DNA from: Octopus sinensis
Lineage: Eukaryota
Direction of reading: 5' to 3'
NCBI RefSeq assembly: GCF_006345805.1
Contig: NC_042999.1
Span: 109,740,001 to 109,804,000, forward strand
Length of the DNA: 64,000 nucleotides
Below the pieces are notes generated by a model. It saw only the letters and a program-made list of their open reading frames with translations, had not been told where the DNA came from and did not search any database. A program made the translations under genes and the position numbers. Below are positions 37,326 to 52,158 of this stretch, in pieces (the stretch's first letter is position 1; each line of letters starts with the position of its first letter).

Positions 37326-38147
37326 TTTGTAGTTGTAGTAGCAGCAGCAGCAGCAGTAGTAGTAGTATCAATAATCATAGCAACAATAACAGTATCTGAC
37401 ATTATATCCATTTCAAAGATCCAAAGTTTACCTCTCTGAAAACAAAAACTATTCTTCCATATTGTTACATCTCTGGATGACATGATGTTTCGTCCACTAT
37501 AAACTATATTTACATATCCATTTCACATTGGTGATACGCATTACAAAAAAAAAGCTGGTCAACATATGTCAAAGGATTTAGGCCTCTGATTAAAGACAGG
37601 GTTTAAAGTAAAGGATTTAACCAAAGAAAAAGCTGTTTGGAAAAAACACCACAATGATGTCTTTAAAATAGAGTATTTATTTCACTAATCTGAATAACAT
37701 GAAGCTACTTTTTCTATGCCTCATTTTCCCCACACCATCCTCTTAATGTACACCAGCATCAAGGGATTGAGTAATAAAAAAAAAAAAATATGTTTTGATG
37801 CTAGTTATATTGATGATGATGATAACACTTTGATGATATAAGGATACAAACAGATGCTGAAGATGATTTTGATGCAGTAAAAAAATTGCATGTTTGCAAT
37901 GCATTAAGGTGGTTACCATAGAGACTACAGCCTGAACATTCAATGAGGCATCGTTTACTCAAGGACAATAAAATACAAGTGTATGCTACTGACACACCTC
38001 CCATCCAACCCATGCATAAAATAGTTTGGAATCAGAAAGAGGGGAATAGGCTGTCTAGTCCCTGGGTATTCCACAAAACTGATTGCACACAACTATGAAC
38101 TAAACTCCCTAACCCATACCATTCAAACATAAGAAAAAGCATGAAGA

Positions 38148-38149
38148 CA

Positions 38150-38185
<36 letters not shown>

Positions 38186-38204
38186 TGTATGTATATATAT
38201 ATAT

Positions 38205-38237
<33 letters not shown>

Positions 38238-38238
38238 G

Positions 38239-38283
<45 letters not shown>

Positions 38284-38500
38284 GCATATGTACATACATA
38301 TATATACATACATATACATATACATACATACACAAATATACATACATATTTACATATACATACATACATATGTAGTGACGCTACACATACATATGTACAT
38401 ATATATTTATATTTATACACGCATATATTTATACATACACATGTGTGAAAGTGAACAAATACGCACCTACACATATGCACACACACATGTATATCTAATT
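38148..38500. repeat. Compound (ACAT)n/(TA)n/(CA)n microsatellite region
   Basis: Direct inspection. Confidence 0.9.
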
Positions 38501-39582
38501 GGATCTGCATGCATTTATATGTGTGAGTATGTGAAACAAATATTTTCCTATTATCACAACAATGATAATTATTTCATAATAGATGAATGATATTTCCTTA
38601 TCATCACTATTATGATTATCATAATCACCAAAATCTGTATCACTAACAATGATAACTGCAATAACTACAACAACATCATCAGCAGCATTGCCATTATCAT
38701 TATTAAGATTTCCTCCTATCAAAACAATAATATAATTTCCTCTACGAAAACTAATTTTTATAAAAAAAAAAAGAAATTCCAGTAAAATGTAAAAAAAAAA
38801 AACCAAAAACAAAAAGATAAACAGAACACCTAACAAAATACAAATGAAAAACAAAAATACATATAAAGCTACCAACAAAAAAATATGTAAAGGAAAGAAA
38901 TTTGGTAAAAATTTATAATTTTATTTCTAAAACAAAAACTTCAATGAAGGGCAGCCATATAGGAAAACCAATAACCTCTGCAGAACCTTATTTTGTTCTG
39001 AAAGAAAAGATCCCATTCTTCAAAAGCCAAATAATGCGAATGGGATATGCAAAATAGATTATACAGAGGAAATATAAAGATCACAAGGTATTTAGATTAC
39101 ACTGAAAGAATGAAGGAGATCAAAAGATACTTAAATTACACAGAGGAAAAATAAAACAAAAATATGTAGTAGTAGTAATAGTAGTAGTAGTAGTAGTAAT
39201 AGTCGTAGTGGGAGTAATAATAATAATAATAATAATAACAACAACAGTAGTGATGATGATGATAATAATAATAATAATAATCACATCAACTCAAAGTAAA
39301 AAAAAAGGAAAGGAATGAAAAATCATGGAATATTACGATTACATGGAGAAAGTCGGGAGATCACAAGATAGTTAGATTATATAGCTGGGATAAAAAGATA
39401 GGGGCCATGATAGGAGAACCGAGATGGAAAACTAGCTGAGAGTGAAAAGGGAGGAAAAAAAAAAGACAAAAACTGATAGTCTTAACTGGAATGAATAGAA
39501 CACAGGTACTTTGAAGACTTTAAAGCTTTATTAAAAATGCTTAATTATATGAGGAGAGATATCAATAGGTAACATTTAGCTA

Positions 39583-39584
<2 letters not shown>

Positions 39585-39623
<39 letters not shown>

Positions 39624-39892
39624 TGATATATACATGTCTTCCTTTGCATACATATATATGCATATGCATATATATGTATATATACAGAGGGAATGATGTA
39701 TATATCATTCATATATACATATATATATGTGTATATATATATATATATATGCATATATATGTGTATATATATACATACACACATATATATATATGCAAAA
39801 TATGTATATATATATATATGCTTATATATATAGAGAGAGATATATATGCATATATATATATACATATGCTTATATATATATATATATATGCT

Positions 39893-39925
<33 letters not shown>

Positions 39926-40354
39926 TATGCTTATATATATATATATATATTATATATATATATATGCTTATATATATATATATATATATATACATACATA
40001 TGCTTATATATATATATTATATATATATACATACATATGCTTATATATATATATATATATATACATACATATGCTTATATATATATATAATATATATATA
40101 TATACATATGCTTATATATTATATATATACATATGCTTATATATATATATATATACATATGCTTATATATATATTATATATATATATATATATATACATA
40201 TGCTTATATATATATATATATACATATGCTTATATATATATATATATATATATACATATGCTTATATATATATATATATATATTACATATGCTTATATAT
40301 ATATATATATAGATATACATATGCTTATATATATATAATATATATATATATATG

Positions 40355-40388
<34 letters not shown>

Positions 40389-40412
40389 ATACATATACAT
40401 ACACACATATAG
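39585..40412. repeat. (TA)n-derived higher-order minisatellite with a recurring CATATGCT anchor
   Basis: Repeated TACATATGCT(TA)n units of variable length, mainly at 39855-40365. Confidence 0.9.
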
Positions 40413-41350
40413 ATTGTTATAGGTGCAGACATGTCTTTGTGGTTAAGAAGCCATGTGATTTTAGGTTCAATCTCACTGCAAGATACCTTGGGTAAATGCT
40501 TTCGACTGTAGCAAAGGCTAACTAAAACCTTTTTGAGTGGATTTGTTAGACCAATGAAATATGCCCATCATATGCCTATATCTATGTGTGTATGTGTATA
40601 CATGTTTTTAGGTGCTGTCATACATTTTTAATCATCATCTAGATCACCATCATCATTGTCATAATCATTTTATGTCCATATTCCATGCTGACATGGGTTT
40701 GCTGGCTTGACAGGATCCAATGTGTTCAAGGACTGCATTGAGTTTCAATATCGGCTTTGGCATGGTTTTTACCACTGGATGCCCCTCCTAAAACCAACCA
40801 CTTTGCAGCATTGATTGGGTGCTCTTTTTGTGCCACCTGCACTACTGAGGTCACTATGCATTTTGCAAGATCACAAGCCTTGGGTGAGGTGGAGACAGAG
40901 CAGGTTCCTTGCAGAGGGTATTTGAGTTAAAAAAAACAAAAAACAAGAGAAAACAAGTCAGTGTCGGCAACTAGAAAACAATCCGGCCATAGGAAATTTG
41001 CATCAACAAATTTCATCTGACCAATACAAGCATGGAAAAGTGGATATTTAAATGGAGATATGATGATTATATGTACACACACACACACACAAATATAGAT
41101 ATTTATTCATTAGTTCAGTCTTTTATATCCAGTTTATGCATGAATGAAATGAATGTTCTTTGAGGCACTGTTTTACATCCAATACCCTTAGTGTTGCTAA
41201 CCCTTACTAGTATTTCAGTAAAGGGATCTCTTATTTCCCTCATATTTCAAACCACAAAGCCAGTAGATAATTTGTTGAGAGCAGAAATGACCACAGCATC
41301 ACCATTTGTAGTTCACAATATTCAGAGGAATATGTTAACAAAGAAGTATA

Positions 41351-41387
<37 letters not shown>

Positions 41388-44300
41388 GTATGTATATAGA
41401 TATATATACAAATACATGTAACTACATATATACAAATATTTATATATAACATACACATACATAATGCACACAAGTACATATACAGCCATAATCTTAAGCA
41501 TGACTGTCGATGATTAAAACATGATTATGATCATCTTCATTGATTAGACATGACAATGACATAACGAATTTGATTAAGACAATTGACACTCTCACATTGC
41601 TTTCATATTTCAGAGGTAAAAAAAAAAATATTCTATTGTAAGAGACATCATCGAAGTGAAAGAAGACTTAGTGAAAAATTAAACATTTATCAAGGACACA
41701 AGTAAACAAAATGCTAATGTAAAAACAAGTATCAGAATGACAAATGATGACAAGTATAAACATAAAAATCGCAACATCACTGGTAATAATGTTAAAGAAG
41801 TGGATAAATGTTTCATATACATATATATAAATATATAAGGAACATCTATATATTCATCTATCTTCATATACACACTCATGCATAGAACATCTACAAGTAT
41901 CTGCATTGATATACAAGAGGACTTTGATATATATATATGCATACATTCATGTGTAGTCCACATTATATTATTTTTATCAATAAATGTCAGGTGTTGAGAA
42001 TTCAAGTGAATCGAAGTAGGTCTACCTTGATTTTCTTATTTGTTCTTTTTTTTATTATTCATTGCACTAATCACAAGTTTGGCATGGCATTGTACATATC
42101 CTTACTTCAGCTGTCTGTGCCAGTGAGGTAATCTGGAAGTGCAGATTATCAGGAAATTGACAGAATATCAATGATGGCAATCTAATGCTCTAACAGAGTT
42201 CCAAATGCCCAAAGATACAAAGGTAGAAAACTTAATCATAATTGACTTTCTTCAATCTTTTATCAGAAGTGGCATTTGGCCGACATGACATTAATATTCA
42301 ACGATCATTGAGAAACTAATGAGGATAGTGAAAAAGCATCAGTAAGATGGTTTACATTAAAAGCAAAATTACTGTTTTAAACAGAACTCCTAGCAGTAAG
42401 TACTTGCAAAAATATAAAATGACACGTTTTCGACTAAACAAAATTGAAAGAGTTTTTACTCAACTGAATGAGACTTCAGTGTATTACTTGGTAATCTAGG
42501 AAATAAATCGTAGTATATCACAAATACATACAGTATAAGACATTGAATCTAATTCTATGTTAAGCATTTTCAGAAGTATTTATAGCATTGAATGGCAAAT
42601 TTTAGCCTGCTTGATATGAATCCACTCATTTTGGTATGTTTGGCTAGCCCAATCCATTTTGCATTAAAATCCATGCCTAAACTAGTCAGTTTTGTATTTA
42701 ATTACGTGTAACCAACTGTGTTTATTTTACAAACTGAGAAAAATGAAAATCAAAGCTAAATTTCAGCTAGAAAAGTAAAACATTAAACTAGTGAAGCATA
42801 ATACATCCAGTCCAAAGTGTTAACACATTAATAATTACCACAGCCTTGCGCAAACATTTTCTAAAATAAGCATAAAACCTCAAACATTTGATTATTTTTG
42901 TGACACTCAAACCATTTGAGTGTAGTATAGAGCTTTTCACTAAAGGCAAGGCTCACAGACAAACAATAACAAGAGTATGTTGTTTTTTTGTGTTTTTTTT
43001 TTCAGTTAGTTTAATAAGATTGTTTTGGACATTGAAACAATATAATCCTTCCTTTGAAACTTTAAACTGGAGAGGCAAAGTTCTCTTTTTTTTTTTGCAG
43101 CTGGGTGTACTGTCTCTATTACTAATTATTCCACTATGAATGAGAATGGGCCTGGCAAAGATTTGGAGTAAAACATATGTTCAACAATAATAAAATTTGA
43201 AAAATTCATTATGATGTGGTCAATCAGCTACCATCATAATTTTAAAGCTACTTTATTGACATGAAGTTTAAGTAAATAAATTGAACATAATTATATACAC
43301 AACTTGTAAGTACCAGAAAAATGATCTTGATCGCAATAAAATATGGCAAAAGAAAAAAAAATATTGCAATCTCATTGATAGATAAAAGGAAGGTATTAGG
43401 ATATTAACTACATTATTGCACTAAATAAGCAAAGTAAACCAGTTTTGTTTACAAACATATTTCTAAACTTAAGACAATTATCTTATATGCCTTCTGCTTT
43501 CATAGTCTATGGTTGTCTAAGTTTAAAATATATTGCTACAAAAGAATCATTTCACTCAATTTTTATTCCTGCCCCGCTAACCATAAGTTAATACCATTTG
43601 CTCAAAGTTCTTGCTCTGTTTCATCTCTCTACTTTTTTTTTTCTTTTGCACTGGTAACATTTCTGTATGATTATCTTTAAATATAAATATACTTTGTATA
43701 TACTGCCATTCTCCATTATGACATTAATTGTTGTTTTCAATTTGCTTCCATTTAGGTCCATACACATGCTATTCGTTTTAATTTCAAAGAATTGATCACA
43801 ATTAGAGTTTATGAGTTTGTATGCCATGGGGTCTTTCAGACTGAAGACATAAGCAACATGGGAACTGATGTTATGTGAGAGGCCACTCAGAGCTCTAGCA
43901 ATATAAATGAGCTCTTTAGATGTGAGATTGACAAGTACAAAGATAATGAACAAATTTGTTTTTGCATGTAGGCAATCAACAGCATGTTTGTGAGAACTAA
44001 AGCAGACCAAATATGCTGTATCTTACACATTATACTTCATCATATGGTATAACTGGTAAGAGTATACTAGCTGGCAGTAAGTGTGAGAATAAATGATGAA
44101 ATGATCACAGATAGAAGACCTAAGAAAAATAAAGTCATCAACAATCTTGTATGGTTCGAAAAGGTACTTATTTCTATTCATTTGATTATTCGCCTTAATT
44201 ATCAATTTGAAATTCCTGCCCACAAGCTTTTTCATAACAGATGTGGTTAATGGTTTCTAGACTAACCTAATAGTTGGTTTTGTAATTCAGTACCTAGCAA

Positions 44301-45129
44301 GGGCAGTCTCTCTAACTTAATGAAGACACAAAAATAATAGAAAATATTCCCCACCCTACAAAATTTCCTGATGGATATGGGTTGGAGTCTGATAATAGTT
44401 GTTTCTGCTTTGGACTTAAAATGTTTTAAAAATTCAATAAAATATGACAACAGAAAAATATAACTATCCAGTTGGATGAATGGATGTATGTGTATGTACA
44501 TATGCATGTATGTACTTTTATTGTCAGATTTATGTAGAAAAGACATCACTTGAAAAAAGAATGCCTGTGTTTATATCCTGTAACTTTGTGGCTCAACAAA
44601 TAGATGTTACTGAGATAAATACCAGACTTACAAATAAGTACAGTGGGGATTGATGTAACTGATACACATGGATACAACATTCTCTCCTGGTAACTGTGGT
44701 TACCAGAATCCTGTGTGAAAAAAGCCCTTATATACACTACTAACCATAATGAGTTCTATTTTCCTCAGTTGCTTGATAAAAATCATGTGTGTGTGTGTGT
44801 ATAAAACTACAGCAAACACTTGGTCTTCATTGCAGAGAAATACAGAAGATGTATTGTCAATGTTTAAAGAATATAAGTGCACTGGTGTTTCAATTACTGA
44901 TAATCCACTTATTTGCAATACCATATTCATTAGCAATGATAAAATAATAAGCAATAAAAAGTACTTAATTTAGTCAAATATTAACATCATTTGTTGTTGA
45001 TCCTGTTTCAAATGAAGAAATAATGATGCTGAAGACTAAGACACTGTTGCATGCATTCTCTCTTACGCACTATGTTCTGCACTGTCTTAAGATAAGTATT
45101 ACATCAGTCAGAATAAATAATAATAATAA

Positions 45130-45287
45130 TCCTTTCTACTGGAGGCATAAAGCCTTAAATTTGTGGGAAGGGGACGATGAAAGGCAAAGTTGACCTTGAT
45201 GGAATTTGAACTCAGAACGAAGCAGCAGATGAAATACCACTAAGCATTTTGCCTGGCGTGCTAACAATTCAGCTAGCTTGCCACTTT
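45130..45287 (-). mobile_element. SINE family A with an internal deletion
   Basis: Head and tail are present; the segment between GGGGA and GATGAAAGGC is missing. Confidence 0.75.
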
Positions 45288-45896
45288 AATAATAATAATA
45301 ATAACAATAATAATAGGAAGAACTCATAATGGCTGCTTACAGTCAAGCATGAGAAAATTAGACCTAACACATAACATACAAAGATGCTGTATTGATGACC
45401 TGATCGACTGACAACATTGCAATTCTGGAATAATATTGGTAATGAACATGAAAAAAGTAAGATTGTCACATATACAAATGACATCAAACTTCATGTCACC
45501 AAAGTTATTAAGCATCTCAAGCCTCCTAGCACATATCCCTTTACATCCATCTACAATATACCAAACAAAAATCCTTTGTCTATCAGTCACACTTATAAGA
45601 ATCAAATTGTATAAAAAAAATTATAAAGTGACATGAAAACACTAACAGCAAAGCTTAAAGTTTTACTGATCTGCTTTAGGCTGTGAGTGTGCCAGTTTGT
45701 TCTTGAAAGAGAACATTAACACTAGTGTTTACCATCACATTATATATCAGTTTTCTAAGATCAAGAACCAAAGAACACTCATTTTGTAGCAGAAGCAAAC
45801 ATGGCTTGAATTTATTGTAGTCCTTGTAGGTTTTTAAGAAAAATCAATTATGAATATTTTGCTGCAATAAAATACTATCTTCATATTTCATCATAC

Positions 45897-45986
45897 ATCA
45901 CTGTTGCTAACCACTCCTTGTTGCCAACAACTCTTCCATAAACTGAGTCCACACAGCACTGGGCTGAAAACGCTGCACGTATGCAG
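45897..45986 (-). CDS. Candidate exon (90 nt); phase-2 reading xCIRAAFSAQCCVDSVYGRVVGNKEWLATV
   Basis: ttttattgtgcag|CTGCATACG...CAGTGAT|gtatga. GC-richer than its flanks and divisible by 3. Phase 1 contains a stop. Protein not recognised. Confidence 0.35.
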
Positions 45987-46549
45987 CTGCACAATAAAAT
46001 CAGCAATATTTGGTCAGTGCATTTTAGCTAAAATTGTTGTACATGATGAAACAAATCAGATAGTAACATGTTCCAAATGCTAAATAGATAAATAAAGAAG
46101 AAAATATCAGCTCATTATTAAGATACCTGAATTGGAATTTGTCAGAGAGTATTTGAGCTCTAGTCATGCCTTGAATATAACTGAACATTAATGTAATACT
46201 AAATACAATGAGGCTATGCAATCAGTCTTAAAATTATGTGGAGTTCTATCATTTGACCCAGATCTATTGCAGGTAAGAATTACTTGGTGATTGTCTGATA
46301 TAACTCTGAGATATCACAAATATAGGGAATGGCACTTACATTTATGTCTTAAGTGAAAAGACAAATGATAGCAATTATAACCTTGTTAAGATTTGGTTTT
46401 GTAATCATGTGAATCTGAATTCAATACAACTACACGGTACTTCAGGTGAAAATATCTGATTAAAGACTTAGGCTGACCCCAAAACTTGTAAATGAAATTG
46501 GATAGACAGAAACAGTAAAAAAGTTAAATAGGTTGTAAATGGTAACTTA

Positions 46550-49500
46550 TGGTTTCTCATTCCTTTCTCTGAAACAGACTTGCAGGCCCTGCAGAGGTCG
46601 TTGGGATTTGCCATCCCTCCTTTGAACAAGCCATGAACTTTTACAAAAAAATGAATATAAAGAACTGAAACTGGGTTAGGAACTTAGTCTGCCAGTAGTT
46701 CACGCTTCATTATGAAAAAATCTCTTTCAAATCAATCAACAGTTTTTTTTTACAGTCTTGCTTTTTCCATGTCATTAGAAGGTCTGCTTATAATGATATT
46801 TTAAAAATGAAGTTAGGAAATAGTCACTATTCTTTGTGACTGTCACTCCTTTTGGATGTATATTGAGTTTTTCCCTATGATCAAAAATCATGGACAAACA
46901 ATAACTGATAATCGTTTTCTAAATTATGCATGATACACTAGGCAATTAAATTTGTTTTGTCCATTGGAACAATATAATGCTTTCCTTTGAAGTTGTCAAC
47001 TGCAAAATTGAGATTGTAATGACAATACTTTCTCTTCTTTTGGACAGCTTTGGGAAAGAGTTTAAACATCTCAGCTTTAATTAGTAATACTTCAATGTCA
47101 ATGCTTCATACTACTTTACACAGATGTTCAGTAAATATATGGATAAATTTGTTCAGTATAGCAAGGATTAAAATATTACTATTTTTCTTAAATTCTCATA
47201 TATAGGAATTCTATTTGGAAAAAGTAGGCTTTAAGAGTTCAGAATGATGAAAGACATATGAATAGCAGCTAGACAAATTGTTTTGTAAAACCCTCTAAGA
47301 ACAGCCTGTAATTAATTAAATTATAACAGCCATGTAAAGAAAGAATTCCTTAAATCTTAATGACACATAAAGAATAATTAAAAAGATGTATTATATTGAA
47401 AAAAGGGAATCCAGTGGCTATAGTAGAAAATTTGAGGTCAATGAACAAAAAGCTTCTGTTTAAAGAATGTCTTTCAGCAAGAAACTTAAATCCACTTTCC
47501 TTTGAGATGAGATTTTCCTCCACAAGGTTCTACAAATAGCTTAAGAAAGCTTACCCAAAATTAGCCTGAATTAGGTATAATAGTTCAGTAAAAGGTTAAG
47601 GTTAAGTTTTATACACACATACACACACACACACACACACATCTATGATTGATATTTTAAAATATTTCTAAGGAACAACGCCCTATCAATTATGGACCAA
47701 TATAAAATAACAATTGTGACATAGATGGCTGATAAGAATATTGATTTTCACTAAAAAGGATAGATACAATAGGAACTAAAATCCTATCAAATATTGATTT
47801 TATTAAATCTAGGACACATTCAGAAAATGTCTTTTTTTTTAATTCTTTCAATGATGGTTTTTCTAATTTCACAACACAAGCTATTCTCAGTGAATCTGCA
47901 AAAGATCTAATCTAGTTGGTATGGTTACAATAGCCATATGATGGTTGCAACAGAAAGTTTTTTTTTTATGTAATACTGCACATTAACTTATTGTTCAAAG
48001 TCTGCCTTAAAATGAAAAACAAATTGTATAACAAAATATTACAAGAATTTTCTAAAAAATTCTTTTGAATCTTAAGTCTGAAAATGTTGAAACATGCGAA
48101 TATGTTTATATGAATGTATAGAAATATATTATAACATATAATGGTTTCTTATTCAGGCATGAAGTTATATATTTCTAGAGAAAGAGATATTGGAAGTTGC
48201 AGTATTTATTCCTTTCCCAGGCATATTACCGATGTTTCTGGAATAGCTGTAGCGAAGAAGTGAAACTGGGTCACTGATTAAATTCACTGCAAAATTACCA
48301 CAACTATACAGCATCCATCATACAAAATAAAATAATGCAATCTGTATGAAAAATAGCAATTTCTTTGACTGTCAATGTCACTGCTTTAATGACTATATTT
48401 TTCCTTGGCTTGGATGAGTTTGTCACACGTTGCTCAATCTGCTCATCTGAGCAACAATAACATTCTATGGTCTGACCTAACACATATAGAATATTATTTA
48501 GCCTACTTTTATTTTGTGAGCACTTTAACAACTAAATAACTACCAAAACTTTTTATCTAGCACATCTCATCCTGTTCATATTATATGTATATTCCAAGGA
48601 AATACTGTTTGTAGCATGTCTGTGTCTAAATCTTTAGCATTGAGATTACTCTGTCAAATGTAAAGCTTATTTATTTACATTGTTTTAAATTAATCATGTA
48701 TTATTTCACAATTTTGAAATTTCTAGGATGTGATGGTTAAATTTTAGAATGACATTGCAGGGTAGATGTGAGAGGCCAGATCTAACTGGTTTAAACATGA
48801 AAATAGGTAAAATATTTAGGCTGGGTGTGGCTGGTTTATATGCCAAAGGGTTGAATTTATGTTGTACAATGAAAAGATTATAATTAACTCATACCACTCC
48901 AATTCCTACAGATTCTTTTTATTTACTGATAGTTTTGTAATGCTATGTAGACTAACACTTTTAGCATCTTTTGTGAGGAGAAATAAATCTTTGGTTACCA
49001 ATAGAAAAGACCTGTTCCTAAATATCTTATAGCTTTCCTAACTTCAAGCTATTAAAGCTATCACAGATCCCCCCCAACCCCAGTGTTACATTGCTGAACT
49101 GGTAATTGTCTAGTTAGCATTAGACATGGGTTTAGAATTTGTTATAGTTGTGCTGAAAAATGGATTATTAAATATTTCAAGCTACATATACATGGAAACT
49201 ACATTGGACGAAATTCAAGTAAAATCTATAATAGGCATATAAAATTATCCTTATTACAATGGGCTTGCTTTATTGATAATGGTACTGAAGTACTGACCTT
49301 TTTTGAATAATGACAGCAATGTCCTATCTTTCTAAAGAGCAACCTTTCAGACCCTACCAGCTGCCATTCTTTGTTTTCATTTACAGTTTCACCAAAGAGA
49401 TGATTGCAACTGTAAACAACTTCCTCTGGAATCTTGAGTTTTTCTTAATCTGACCATCAGTTAAGTTCACCAGAGACTTACTAGTTATCTTGTAGTACAT

Positions 49501-49800
49501 CAATAGTATTTTGTTTTTGAGAATCTTGCCAAAAGAAGTTTCTGGAATTGACAACTTATCTATTTGATGTTACTTTTAATCACCTTAACATTCTGTACAT
49601 AGCTGTCATCTACATGCTACTGACACACCTAGTGCCATACGCATACAACTAGAAGATAACATGCAACAGATGTGTAGCAATCTAGGTTTATTCATTAGCA
49701 GTTATAGCAGATTCCAAGAAAACAGTCTCAAAATTACATTCTACTCCTCAACAATACACGTAAAACTATTACACTCTCTACAAATGTAAAGAAATTATAA
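46550..49800 (-). mobile_element. Ancient, highly decayed LINE: endonuclease-like (about 49.3-49.8 kb), RT-like (about 47.0-48.2 kb) and Cys-containing C-terminus (about 46.6 kb)
   Basis: Motif remnants in the expected order on one strand: YVQNVKVIKS, MPGKGI (cf. PGPDGI), KLEK...ILVPIVSILFSENQYSY (cf. LISxNQxGF), GMANPNDLCRAC. Each is weak on its own. Confidence 0.35.
48630..48850. mobile_element. piggyBac-like MITE remnant
   Basis: TCTTTAGCATT...ATGCCAAAGGG termini followed by TTGA (degenerate TTAA). Confidence 0.45.
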
Positions 49801-52121
49801 TTTTTGATGACTTTTTATAGTTAATATATGTCTATAATATATTCAAGATTGCTTCTAAAAGGCTGGGATTTTCTCTTTAGGTATAAATTTCAAACCCACC
49901 TCCCAGCCAAAAAGCACAAGACAGTTCCAAATATGATCTATTATGTAGATATTTGGAACCATTTAGTCACCAGAAATATATACATTTTAAATCACACCCC
50001 TACATCCCAACCCATAATACATGATTAATTTAAAACAATGTAAATAAATAAGCTTTACATTTGACAGAGTAATCTGAATGCGAAAGAGTTTAGACACAGA
50101 CATGCTACAAACAGTAACATAAAACTACAATGAAAAGTTTAACTTAATAGTATGAACTTCAAGTCATATATTTAATTAGATGTGTAACCTTATGTGTATA
50201 TACATATATGTAATATATGGTATAATATGAAGTTTTTTTCAGAGTATTCAATTTTAACTATTTCTCTACAGACTGAAAAAATGAACAACCTAAATCAATT
50301 TTCAAACCTTATTGGATTCTCATCAGAGGCATCTACACCATTCTGACACCATTCCAGAGAAAGAAGCAGCCAAACTGTTTATATACTCAACAAATACAGC
50401 AGTCACTCTATGAAGGAGTCCCTAATTTGCATACTGAAAGTATTTAACACTCCATAAATACCAGCAGCATGTCAACGAGGATCTTAGTCTACACAGTATC
50501 AAGGTATGATATGATAAATATGTAACATCTGCTTATAGGACAGAAGATTCCTCTAGAATTAGCTTTCTTTATAGAAGCTGAAAAAGAAGCAAGAAATGTT
50601 AAGATTAATCTAGGTAGAAGGTACATAAAACAAACTTGGACAAACCAGCAATAAAGGAATTGAATATCCTGAAAAATTTCATATATAAAGATGACTGACC
50701 AATTTGACTAACAGACAATGAAGCAAAATTATTTAAAATATACCTTAATGCTACTCATAAAAGCAAGGAAAGAAAATGTGTGAATTAAAATGAGTGATCT
50801 TTAGGGACATTATTATTATTAAGGGTAACAGCAATGATGGAATTAAATAAGCTGTGACTGCTGAATACTAATTGGAAATTTTGGTAAACTGAAAGGCAAG
50901 TGATAATTATTCATTTCCCTGAAGATTGACAGAAAGTGTATAGGATGAAAATAAGTGCATGTTCAAATTTCGTTGAAAATGGAATATGATTAGAAAAACA
51001 AAACAAATAGTATTCTCATTGACTTGGAACTTATTTTGTTTTCCCCTTTTTACAAAGAAAATATTTGAAATTTCTGTGACTATAACATGACTGACTGACT
51101 ACAAAAGACATGGAACTACACTTAAATCGCATAAATTGACAAATTTTACCACATTATATGCAGTGGGACAAACTTCTAAGAATAAAAAAATTCTATACTT
51201 AGGTATTTAGTAAATATTGATAGAAAGGACAAAACATAGTAACTATTCATCTATCAACCAATGCTACTAGTACTATCACAAACATAAACAACGCTGACCA
51301 TATAATTAATTAGTATATGAATGACAAAAAGCAAAGTGAATTCTTTTCTTTTCTTTTCTTTATTGATCAAGAACCATAAGAGATGGTTTTTAGTAAGCTA
51401 AGGCAAGGAAGGCTTAGAACGTTGATAGTATATCAGATAACAGGACCTCACAAATGAGATGATGTTAGATTTCATTGAATAATGCAATATTCAAGACTAG
51501 AACAGTTTATGAGAGTAAAGAAACTGGTTATTGATGATCCAAAAGTAAAGAACTATATCAATAGAGAGTAAAATTTCATAGACTGGAGACATAAAAAGAT
51601 TGGGGAATAAAATGTTAAGAAAATTCTATAAGATGGTACCAAAGTTAAAACCTTTCAGAAATTCAAGTTCATAATACACTTCACTTGGTTTTTAAAAGGG
51701 CATTAAGTTTGATCAAAATTATACTTGGAAAATTTAATGAAAGAAAGGCAATAGAAATTCATTTCATTTAATGATTCCTATGAAAAGTGACATTGTGACA
51801 GCAAGATAGTATTGGGTAAAATAGACATTTTCACCAATTCACCAGGAATCTGTCATCAGAATCGAAAGCAGAACAAGTTAGATTAAAAAGACAAAAAGGT
51901 TAACATAAACACATTTCAATTTACTTCTCTCTCTCTCTCTCACTCTCTAACCGTTTATTTTTCTTATAAGTATACATACAGACAGACAAGAAAGAAACAT
52001 AGTTAGCTCCATAAAAAAGGATAGAGAGAAGTGGACAAACAACAAATGAGAGTCAAAAATAGTGATTTACAAATAGGATGTGTGTGTGTAGACAGATATA
52101 TATATACATATATATATATAA

Positions 52122-52158
<37 letters not shown>

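Noticed and set aside
38976-38997. 22-nt minus-strand exon-like segment (cttttctttcag|...|gttatt)
   Set aside because: Weak donor, not frame-preserving, and it cannot be joined in frame to the other candidates without extra exons.
39545-40412. Long ORFs of 106-203 aa (YI/IY-rich)
   Set aside because: Translations of (TA)n-based repeats that lack stop codons; not coding.
42110-42400. Cluster of plus-strand splice-like sites (17-, 75- and 11-nt pieces)
   Set aside because: Not frame-preserving, and the longest piece has stops in all frames.
43100-44960. Short ORFs and a strong + acceptor at about 43100
   Set aside because: No coherent reading frame or recognisable protein; AT-rich noncoding composition.
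45380-45620. YADD-like remnant (SKIVTYTNDIKL) on the + strand
   Set aside because: Possibly an ancient RT fragment, but too degenerate to annotate.
50300-51900. A-rich stretch with a faint endonuclease-like motif (NNADHII)
   Set aside because: Probably a very old LINE, but a single weak motif is insufficient support.
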